From an uncultured Acidimicrobiaceae bacterium (GTDB lineage: Bacteria; Actinomycetota; Acidimicrobiia; Acidimicrobiales; RAAP-2), in the NCBI GenBank assembly GCA_963719485.1, contig OY970387.1:1899717-1963716 (forward strand): a stretch of 64,000 nucleotides of DNA. The letters are read 5' to 3'. The position numbers and the translations under genes were made by a program. This document shows positions 47,969 to 55,922 of this stretch, one piece after another. The notes under the pieces are model-generated. The model was given only the letters and a program-made list of their open reading frames with translations. It ran no database searches and was not told the DNA's origin. Numbering within the stretch: the stretch's first letter is position 1; each line of letters starts with the position of its first letter.

Positions 47969-48655
47969 GTGACTATCAAGCCAGAGCGGACTAGGGCAGA
48001 CCGGGCACAGCGCCGCGAGCAGACCGCAGCTAGTGGAGACACCGATACTCGTGATCGGGTCATCAAGGCGGCCGTCGAATGCATCATTGAACTGGGCTTT
48101 TACCGGGGGTCCAGCACCAATGAGATCGCTCGGAAAGCTGGGGTCACCTGGGGAGTAATCCAGTGGTATTTCGGCAATCGAGAAGGGCTGATGCTTGCCG
48201 TCCTCGAGGACGGGGCGAACCACATGGTCGAGACCGTCAAGGACGCCCACATAGAAGGGCAGACCGTTCTAGAGCGGATGTCACAGCTGATCGACCTGTT
48301 CTTGGAGCACTACGGCAGGCCTGCTTACTTGGCCAGCCTTCAGGTCATGCTCAATATGGACCACGACCCCAAAACCAGTGCCGGCGTTCGCAACACTATG
48401 GCGGAGGTTGCGGAGCGGTCTTACACCCCGGTGCGGCGGCTGTTGCGGGAAGCCCTTGGGCCCGCCGCCAACAAACCTGACCTCATGACCACCATCTTTC
48501 TGGTGATACGCGGTTTTGCCTTCAGTCAGCAGCTCTTGGACTCCATGGCCTACGACACGGTGGCGCCGAAGCAGGATCGCGGCCAGCGTCACCGACGACT
48601 GCTCGCTCAGATCCTGGCTCCCTATGTCGAGATTGCTTCGGCGGTCGATCGCTGA
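47969..48655 (+). CDS. TetR family transcriptional regulator (candidate cognate regulator of the palindrome regulon)
   Basis: 228 aa with a GTG start and HTH 'SSTNEIARKAGVTWGVIQWYFGNREG'. It is flanked by palindrome sites 6 and 7. Confidence 0.88.
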   Translation: MTIKPERTRADRAQRREQTAASGDTDTRDRVIKAAVECIIELGFYRGSSTNEIARKAGVTWGVIQWYFGNREGLMLAVLEDGANHMVETVKDAHIEGQTVLERMSQLIDLFLEHYGRPAYLASLQVMLNMDHDPKTSAGVRNTMAEVAERSYTPVRRLLREALGPAANKPDLMTTIFLVIRGFAFSQQLLDSMAYDTVAPKQDRGQRHRRLLAQILAPYVEIASAVDR

Positions 48656-48703
48656 GGCCGTGGTGGCCGAACCACACAAACTCTGGAGAGCCCAGAACTG
48701 CAG

Positions 48704-48721
48704 ATATAGTAAGTACTATGT
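48704..48721. promoter_or_regulatory. palindromic operator-like site 7: ATATAG-TAAGTA-CTATGT
   Basis: Read directly. It lies about 74 nt upstream of the ATG at 48795. Confidence 0.55.
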
Positions 48722-48794
48722 CGTGTGGGTTTGTGGCTCAACATCAACTGGAGATCGCTGAGACGGAGAGGACTGTTTGGAACGAGGTCACACC

Positions 48795-49103
48795 ATGGAA
48801 CTGACTGCCGGCGTCAGGTTGCGGAGCGCAGTGTGTCCAACCGAGATCATCGTGCTGAAGGCTCCCTCGAGCGAGGTCGATCTGCGGTGTGGAGGGGTCA
48901 CCATCGTGGACACGGATGCCGCCCTGCAGGCCGATGCGGTTCCACAAGAAGGGTTCTCCGAGGGGACGCAACTGGGTAAGCGGTACAAACACAGCGAGTC
49001 TGGTCTCGAGTTGCTCTGCACGAAAGCGGGAGAGGGCTCGCTCTCCGTTGGCAAGGTCTTATTGACCACGGAGCAGGCGAAGACCCTCCCCGCGTCGGAC
49101 TGA
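48795..49103 (+). CDS. small hypothetical protein (102 aa)
   Basis: The ATG (MELTAGVRL) lies within ORF 48777..49103 and follows GAGGT. No family named. Confidence 0.55.
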   Translation: MELTAGVRLRSAVCPTEIIVLKAPSSEVDLRCGGVTIVDTDAALQADAVPQEGFSEGTQLGKRYKHSESGLELLCTKAGEGSLSVGKVLLTTEQAKTLPASD

Positions 49104-49249
49104 GAACGATGCAAGCGTGCACGCAGAGGAACGCCTGAGCATCGGGTTGAACGGCGAGCTGAACGCGCCCTCGAACTCACAACGACCACGTAAGTTACTT
49201 ACGGTCAGATGTCCTGTTCGAGGTGCAGCGGCGATACCGCCAGTTCAGG

Positions 49250-49687
49250 TCAACTTGTAACCGTCTCTCCTTGGGCCAACAAGCGAAGAGCCTGTGACTC
49301 ATCCTCAAACAGAATTTTGATGTCGAGAAGGGCGTCATTCTCGTCGAATGTCACCACGTAGACTTGGTGGCCACGATACCGAATGCGGTGGCTTTGAACC
49401 TGTACGTACTGAATCCCCGCGACGTGGCTCTCGCCCTCTAACCAGTCGACCCACTTTAGGATGTCATAGGTCCCATTCAAGAATCGGTGCAGTCTGCAAA
49501 TGTGGGCCTTAACTTCGTCGGGTCCGCGGAACACCCCAGAGAGGGCACTACGCCCTGGGACGGTATAGGTGACCTTTGAGGATAGAAGGTGTTCCGTCGG
49601 GTCAAGGGTGTTGGTTGCGAAACTGATGAAGAAGCGTTGTGTGTTTGCGAGTCTTCTTGAGGAGGGCTCACGTTCACCCATTGTCAA
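49250..49687 (-). CDS. NTF2-like (SnoaL-like) fold protein
   Basis: 145 aa with a pattern typical of SnoaL/NTF2-like proteins. The start is TTG 49687 or ATG 49681, after GAGGAG. Confidence 0.6.
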   Translation of the reverse strand: MTMGEREPSSRRLANTQRFFISFATNTLDPTEHLLSSKVTYTVPGRSALSGVFRGPDEVKAHICRLHRFLNGTYDILKWVDWLEGESHVAGIQYVQVQSHRIRYRGHQVYVVTFDENDALLDIKILFEDESQALRLLAQGETVTS

Positions 49688-49899
49688 TGGTCACTCCTCT
49701 CGCCCCTGGCAAAAAGCGCGTACAAGCATCCCCTGAACCACCCACTGCAGACCCACTCAAAGCACGGGCCCAGCCGAGATGCCTGTCGGTACTCTCGAGA
49801 GCACGGAGATCGCGATGTCCGATAGCAGTCACTGAAATCGGCTGCTCAGTGTGATCCTGTAGATCTGATTGGGGGTAACGACCATTGCGGCGGGATATC

Positions 49900-50523
49900 T
49901 CAGAACCCGATCGACCGGCGGATTACGACGACGTGAATCCGACCGGGCGTCTCTTGGTGGATTTCCAATACCTTTCCGACTGAGCTGTTCTGTCCATAGG
50001 CAGCGTACGCGCGAGCATCCTCAAGTATGAGGCTGTGTTTGTAGATCCGCTCGTGGGCTGCCGCGAGGGTGGGGACGAACTTCTGAGCGCCAATGACAAA
50101 GATGACGTGTGCCGCACCCCAGGCATACGAGGCGAGTTGGCTTCCCGAAGCCGAGGCAATTACTAGAACGCCGCCTCTCGTGACTGCGTGAACGCTCCCG
50201 AGGGCGTAATCGGGTTGGCCGCCGATTGCTTTCATTTCCTGGGCTTGGGTGGCGAAGTCCAGCGCGAACATCTTCGTTCGTGCGGAGTCGAAGTCCCCTC
50301 CGTTGTTGATGGCATTTGCGATGCCAGTCTCATCCAGCGTCACTGACGTGTTGGTCATTACGGAGCTGCCCTTCGGGATCGTCGCGAGAACAATCTCTCG
50401 AGCTCCATCGAGGTCCCCAACAACTTGAACGCTAAACCCGTGTTCTTCAAGGGCAACGACTGTCGCCTCGAGCGTTTCGTCGTCGGGTAGAGCTGTGTAG
50501 AGGTCAGAGGTACTCAATGCCAT
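49900..50523 (-). CDS. LUD-domain (LutC/YkgG-like) protein
   Basis: 207 aa. 'ALGSVHAVTRGGVLVIASASGSQL' and 'VIFVIGAQKFVPTL' resemble the LUD domain. AAGGAG RBS. Confidence 0.7.
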   Translation of the reverse strand: MALSTSDLYTALPDDETLEATVVALEEHGFSVQVVGDLDGAREIVLATIPKGSSVMTNTSVTLDETGIANAINNGGDFDSARTKMFALDFATQAQEMKAIGGQPDYALGSVHAVTRGGVLVIASASGSQLASYAWGAAHVIFVIGAQKFVPTLAAAHERIYKHSLILEDARAYAAYGQNSSVGKVLEIHQETPGRIHVVVIRRSIGF

Positions 50524-51091
50524 GTCTCCTTTTCTTTGGCCCAGGGCCGACCGTCAAGGCGGCGACTCCACCTCTGGATGCGGACCGCAGTCGGACGTAC
50601 CGGCGGTGCGGACGATCTGGTTACCCCGTGCTCGGCGCTCGAACGGACTCCGTGACTGACTTCACCTGAGTGTCAGCTGTGCCACACGTCATCACCACAA
50701 GTGTCTGTCGGTCCAGATGCATTTCGCATCTGCCGACTGGCCAGTGGACGCAGGCTGCTGGCCGGCGAATCACGAGATGTATCTCGCGTCCGAAATCATG
50801 ATCACCGGCCCTCGGCTCATCTCGACGGTTGGAAGCGTGCCGGAACCCCAAGTTGCAGCCCTCGTCCGATACGAGATCCCAGGCCCCACCGTCGCCGGGA
50901 GTCGAGGGTCAGATAGAGACCTGACAACGACTAGCCACCAGGCAGATGCGATGACTATCGCCCGTCCAGAGAATTACGAGAGAACTCTAGGGCGTCGGTC
51001 CACTCGATGACTCCGATCGATGAGACCAACCAGGCGACGCCTGAAGGCACAACACGGTCGACAATCAGAGTCGGAGCAAATTGGGAACTAC

Positions 51092-51988
51092 ATGAGAGCC
51101 ACGGAGGATTTCACGGTTAGGGCATCTGGGTCCGTCGTTGAGAGCGGCGGTCAGCTGACAGCGAAGAATCGAACTGTTCAGATCGACGCGGATACTTTTG
51201 TCTATCGTCGATTCGGCAGTACGCAACATGCGCCCGCCTTGCTTTGCCTGCAACACTTTCGGGGGAACCTCGACTTTTGGGATCCGGCTCTCGTCAATCG
51301 CATCGCCCAGGATCGCGAAGTCATCCTGCTGGCGAATCGGGGAGTCGGTGCGTCGACGGGAGTCGTTCCGGACAACGTGCCCGACATGACACGTGATGTG
51401 ATCTCCTTCGTCCGTGCGCTCGGTCTGGAGCAGGTCGACGTCCTTGGGTTCTCGCTCGGTGGTCACATTGCGCAGGAATTGGCCCTCATGAATCCGCGGC
51501 TTGTGCGTCGGCTCGTGCTCGCGGGCACGGGTCCTCAGGGCGGTCCGGGGCTGCACCGCTGGAGTGACGACGTATACGCCCACGCGTGCGCGGACGAGAT
51601 CACTCCTGAGCACGCCCTTAAGGTCTTCTTCTCGGGTTCGGAAGAAAGCCGCGCCAAGGGCATGGCTTACCTCGGCCGAACGCAGATCCGCCAAGAAGAT
51701 AGGGATGCGCCGACCGATTTGGCGACTCGAGACGCCCAACTCGCCGCCCTCACCGCGTGGGGAATCCCCGACACCTCGAAGTTGAATCGGTTGGCCGGTA
51801 TCACCCATCCCACGTTCGTCGCCATCGGCGACCACGACACAATGATGCCCACGAGGAACAGTCGGATCCTTGCCGATCAACTTCCGAATGCGCACCTGAG
51901 AATCTACCCGGACGCCAATCACGGCTTCTTGAATCAATATCCGGAACTGTTCGGTGACCACGTGCGGACGTTCCTCAATGCACTCTGA
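51092..51988 (+). CDS. alpha/beta hydrolase (GFSLGG nucleophile elbow)
   Basis: The ATG (MRATEDF) lies within ORF 51020..51988. The C-terminal 'PDANHGFLNQYPELF' is present. Confidence 0.8.
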   Translation: MRATEDFTVRASGSVVESGGQLTAKNRTVQIDADTFVYRRFGSTQHAPALLCLQHFRGNLDFWDPALVNRIAQDREVILLANRGVGASTGVVPDNVPDMTRDVISFVRALGLEQVDVLGFSLGGHIAQELALMNPRLVRRLVLAGTGPQGGPGLHRWSDDVYAHACADEITPEHALKVFFSGSEESRAKGMAYLGRTQIRQEDRDAPTDLATRDAQLAALTAWGIPDTSKLNRLAGITHPTFVAIGDHDTMMPTRNSRILADQLPNAHLRIYPDANHGFLNQYPELFGDHVRTFLNAL

Positions 51989-51995
51989 AGGGCAA

Positions 51996-52838
51996 ATGCT
52001 TGCCGGCACATTCAACATCGGAGGCGATCTCCCGGTACAGCGACTGGGCTACGGGTCGATGCAACTCACCGGTCCGGGCATCTGGGGGGAGCCGAGGGAC
52101 CACGACGGAGCAATCACAGTGCTTCGCAGGGCCGTCGAGCTTGGAGTGACGCTAATCGACACAGCGGATTCTTATGGACCTGGAGTCGCCGAGCGCCTCA
52201 TACGAGAGGCACTTCATCCGTACCCTGATGATCTTGTCGTGGCCACGAAAGCGGGAATGACACGACCCGGTCCAGGGCGGTGGGACTCCGACGGGCGGCC
52301 GGAACATCTGAAGGGACAGGTCGAAAAGAGTCTGCGCCTGCTGGGCGTCGAGCGCATAAAGCTTTTCCAGCTGCACCGCGTTGATCCGGCAGTCCCTCTG
52401 GCCGAGCAAGTCGGGGCCTTGGTCGAACTCCAGCGGGTAGGCAAGATTGGAGACATCGGCCTCTCGGAGGTCTCGGTGTCCACCATCGAGAAGGCCCGAG
52501 CAATCACGCCAATCGCCACCGTCCAGAACCAATACAACATCTCTCAGAGGAAATCGGAAGACGTGTTGCAGTTCTGCGAACGCGAAGGTATCGGATTCAT
52601 TCCCTGGTTTCCGATGGCAACTGGCCGGCTGGCCGAGCCAGGTGGAGCATTGGACGGAGTGGCCTCCGAATGTAGAGCAACGCCGGCACAGGTGGCGCTC
52701 GCCTGGCTACTTCAGCACTCGCCCATCTTGTTGCCGATACCGGGTACTTCGAGGGTGGCTCATCTCGAGGAGAACATGGCAGCAGCGACCGTCGCTCTTA
52801 CTCCTGAACAAGTAGCACGGCTAGACGCCGCAATCTGA
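51996..52838 (+). CDS. aldo/keto reductase
   Basis: The ATG (MLAGTF) lies within ORF 51954..52838. It has 'IDTADSYGPG', 'LVVATKAG' and 'IPGTSRVAHLEEN'. Confidence 0.9.
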   Translation: MLAGTFNIGGDLPVQRLGYGSMQLTGPGIWGEPRDHDGAITVLRRAVELGVTLIDTADSYGPGVAERLIREALHPYPDDLVVATKAGMTRPGPGRWDSDGRPEHLKGQVEKSLRLLGVERIKLFQLHRVDPAVPLAEQVGALVELQRVGKIGDIGLSEVSVSTIEKARAITPIATVQNQYNISQRKSEDVLQFCEREGIGFIPWFPMATGRLAEPGGALDGVASECRATPAQVALAWLLQHSPILLPIPGTSRVAHLEENMAAATVALTPEQVARLDAAI

Positions 52839-52870
52839 ATACATCTGACCCTGGGAAGAGAGGAAGACAA

Positions 52871-53590
52871 GTGACCGACCTACTTGAGACTGTTCTTGAT
52901 GCGCATGGTGGCCTTGACCGCTGGAAGGAGCTGGACAGTGTCTCGGCTCGCCTGACGCAAGGGGGAGTGTTGTGGGGGGTGAAAGGCCAAGACGGCGTAC
53001 TCAACGACGTGTTCGCCAGGGCCAGCCTGCATCAAGAGAGGGAATCACATCACCCATTCGGTGCGCCCAACCTTCGAAGCTCGTTCACGCCACAGCGCGT
53101 CGCCATCGAGAACACAAATGGCGATGTCGTCGAGGCGATGGACCAGCCGCGGGCGTCCTTTGCGGGTCACACGCTTGAGACGCCGTGGTCGCGTCTACAA
53201 CTCGCGTATTTTGTTGGTACGGCAATGTGGACGTATTTGACTCAGCCCTTCACTTTTGCTCTGCCGGGGTTCGAGACTTCCGAACTTGAGCCGTGGCACG
53301 AGGGTAACGAGGTGTGGCGACGGCTGCACGTCATCTGGCCGAGCTACCTCGCCACCCACAGCACTGAGCAGACGCTCTACTTCGGTGACGACGGCCTGAT
53401 ACGTCGCCACGATTACGACGTCGAGATTCAGGGCGGCTCCGGAGGAGCTCACTTCATTTCGGATTACACAGAAGTTGCTGGGATCAAGGTGCCGACCCGC
53501 CACAGAATCTTTCCACGAGGTCCGGAGAGTCAAGCGATTCCTGATCCGCTTTTGATATCCATAGATCTAAGCGAGATCAGCTTTTCCTGA
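52871..53590 (+). CDS. conserved hypothetical protein (239 aa)
   Basis: Clean ORF with a GTG start after GAGAGGAAG. No family named. Confidence 0.6.
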   Translation: MTDLLETVLDAHGGLDRWKELDSVSARLTQGGVLWGVKGQDGVLNDVFARASLHQERESHHPFGAPNLRSSFTPQRVAIENTNGDVVEAMDQPRASFAGHTLETPWSRLQLAYFVGTAMWTYLTQPFTFALPGFETSELEPWHEGNEVWRRLHVIWPSYLATHSTEQTLYFGDDGLIRRHDYDVEIQGGSGGAHFISDYTEVAGIKVPTRHRIFPRGPESQAIPDPLLISIDLSEISFS

Positions 53591-53679
53591 GCGGTGATAT
53601 CGCCGGTCGGGCTCCGGCCGCAGTCGTGAACGAAGTTGAGAGCGCAGCGGCGCCCGGCGGCGTCCAAGGGGGATGATCT

Positions 53680-54534
53680 GTGATGACGCAGCCCGCAATA
53701 CCGCGAATGCAGTTTCGACCGATCGACGGATTGTCGATCCGATTCGCGGAAAGCGATGCAGGGGGCCAAGACGCCCTCTTGCTGAATCCATGGCCTGAGA
53801 GCTTGCTGGCCTTCGAGCCGACCTGGGCACGGCTGGCAACGCGTGCTCATTTGGTAGCAATTGATTTGCCCGGCTTCGGTCATTCCGATCGAAGCAGCGC
53901 GCTCATGTCGCCGAAGGCGATGGGTGAGTTTGTCATCCGTGTCGCGGACGCGTTCGGACTTGAGAATCCCCACGTGGTCGGGCCGGACATCGGCACTGCT
54001 GCGTCACTCTTCGCGGCCGCCTTGCATCCGAACAGGCTTCGGAGCATCGTCGTTGGGAGCGGGGGCGCTGCAGTTCCGCTCCAGCTTGGGAGCTTGCTGA
54101 GAGATTGGGTCGAAGCACCGGACTTGGACGCCTACCGCAATGCCGACTCCCGGCAGATCGTCGCCGAGTCATTGGGCGGTATCGAGAGATACGAGGTTCC
54201 CGGATTCGTCCGCGAGGACTACCTCTCCGCATACGACGGGGACCGTTTTGTCGAGTCGATGCACTACGTGCGTACCTACCCGACGGAACTTCCTATCCTT
54301 CGAGACTTGCTGCCGCACATACACACTCCGGTGCAGATCATCGCTGGCTTGCGAGATCCTGCTGTGCCGGCTGTCAACGCCGAATTTCTGCACGAGAGGC
54401 TGCCGAGTAGCAAGCTCGATTTCGTCGACGCAGGACACTTCGCGTGGGAGGAGGCGGCGGATGACTACGCGGCACTCGTCATCAGTTGGTGGGACGAGGG
54501 CTACACAACTGCTGGATCCGCAGCGGCGCGGTAA
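53680..54534 (+). CDS. alpha/beta-fold hydrolase with Asp at the nucleophile elbow (GPDIGT); epoxide hydrolase/dehalogenase-like
   Basis: 284 aa with 'VAIDLPGFGHSD', 'HVVGPDIGTAASL' and 'VDAGHFAWEE'. Confidence 0.8.
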   Translation: MMTQPAIPRMQFRPIDGLSIRFAESDAGGQDALLLNPWPESLLAFEPTWARLATRAHLVAIDLPGFGHSDRSSALMSPKAMGEFVIRVADAFGLENPHVVGPDIGTAASLFAAALHPNRLRSIVVGSGGAAVPLQLGSLLRDWVEAPDLDAYRNADSRQIVAESLGGIERYEVPGFVREDYLSAYDGDRFVESMHYVRTYPTELPILRDLLPHIHTPVQIIAGLRDPAVPAVNAEFLHERLPSSKLDFVDAGHFAWEEAADDYAALVISWWDEGYTTAGSAAAR

Positions 54535-54802
54535 GCCGAAGCGCCCGGAACCGCGAGAGGGCTCCGCCGGCAGGTCGGGCCTGCAACGAGTAAGTCCTCC
54601 GCGCGCGCGAACGATCGTGCCGTCACCCTTGAACTGTGTGAGTCGCTGGAGCATTGCCCAGGAGGACGACTTCTGAGGGTGACCCGACTCAGGCCGGAAG
54701 CCATCTGGCCGCGCATATAGAAGGCTCGGTCTCGAGTGCGCAGTGCTTGGTCGTCGGAATGCCACGCTGCCCGACCCAGGATCGTCAGTTGGGGCGCAAC
54801 AG

Positions 54803-55717
54803 TTAGAGAATCTGCGGCACATTGTGGTGGTCTCGGCGCCATCGGCCTGGGGGCTGGCCATGGTGCCGTCGAAACGCCGCGGCGAAAGCGTACGACGAGG
54901 TGTACCCGGTGAGGTCGGCTATCTGAGCGAGGCTCACATCACTGCAACGCAGGTGGTCTCGGGCGATGGTCATGCGCCAGTCGGTGAGGTATTGCATCGG
55001 CGCTTGACCAAGAGCCGCTCGGAATGCTCGCGCGAATGCGGCCCGGGAGAGACCGCTCAAGGCAGCAAGCTCTGGAACGGTCCACGGGCGGGCCGCCTCG
55101 CTGTGGATTGCCCGGAGAGCGGGATCTAGGCGCGCATCTGTCGAGGCTTGATACCAGCGTGGAGCTTGGGGACTCTGACGCAACGAGGAGCGCAGGGCCT
55201 GGACCAGCACGACGTCGAGGAGTCGGTCGAGGACCGTCTGCTGACCGGGTGCCGAACTCGCCAATTCTCGGGACAGTAAGCCGACGGCATCGTGAAGGGG
55301 ATCGTCATCGGCTCTTGGCAGATGGAGTATCGGGGGAAGCGCATCGACCAGCTGCTTTCCGACATCGCCGGCGAACTGGTAAGCGCCGCAGAGAAACACG
55401 GTCGCGTCCTGGTCGCTGGCCCGCTCATCGTCCAATCGCCGAGCTCGGAATTCCTCATCGGTCAAACACACCGAAGCAGGGCTGTCAGCCACGCGGTGGT
55501 CGGGACCACCACGGACGAGCGCCACATCGCCGGGCAGAAGCTTGCAGGCAGCCCGTGGGTCGTCGAGCCAGAGCCAGGCGTGGCCCTGGACGACTGCATG
55601 GACGGCGAGTTGGATGGTGCCGGGCAGGCGGAGCCCCCAAGGAGGTCGTATGACCGACCGGGCGAAGACGCCGCCGGCGGCTCGGGCACGTATCAGGTGC
55701 TCCTGGAGCACATCCAT
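54803..55717 (-). CDS. AraC family transcriptional regulator (cupin_6 + HTH)
   Basis: The ATG (MDVLQEHLIRARA) lies within ORF 54803..55822. The C-terminal AraC HTH 'LAQIADLTGYTSSYAFAAAFRRHHG' is present. Confidence 0.85.
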   Translation of the reverse strand: MDVLQEHLIRARAAGGVFARSVIRPPWGLRLPGTIQLAVHAVVQGHAWLWLDDPRAACKLLPGDVALVRGGPDHRVADSPASVCLTDEEFRARRLDDERASDQDATVFLCGAYQFAGDVGKQLVDALPPILHLPRADDDPLHDAVGLLSRELASSAPGQQTVLDRLLDVVLVQALRSSLRQSPQAPRWYQASTDARLDPALRAIHSEAARPWTVPELAALSGLSRAAFARAFRAALGQAPMQYLTDWRMTIARDHLRCSDVSLAQIADLTGYTSSYAFAAAFRRHHGQPPGRWRRDHHNVPQIL

Positions 55718-55922
55718 TTTGAGAGTATCGCGCATGAATCGGAGTGCCAGACACATTGATGCGCTCTCTGCTGCGAGCAAGCCTTGTGGGATGGTCGAGA
55801 CGAGCATGGGACCTTTTTGCACCCCTGGACAGACGAAACCGGGGGAAGGATCGCCAGTGGAATTCGTCCCGCGGGCTCCAACCGCGCCAGCTAAGACGAC
55901 TGGCGCTTAAGGTCGCTCCGCG

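Noticed and set aside
49189-49203. Palindrome CGTAAGT-t-ACTTACG between convergent genes, considered as an eighth copy of the island operator.
   Set aside because: The half-site sequence and the spacing (1 nt) differ from the CATAG-N6-CTATG family. Its position between two gene ends fits a terminator-like hairpin better, but it has no U-tract, so I leave it unassigned.
50717-51010. 97-aa ORF in the long gap upstream of the alpha/beta hydrolase.
   Set aside because: It has no RBS or recognisable motifs, and it overlaps an equally weak minus-strand ORF.
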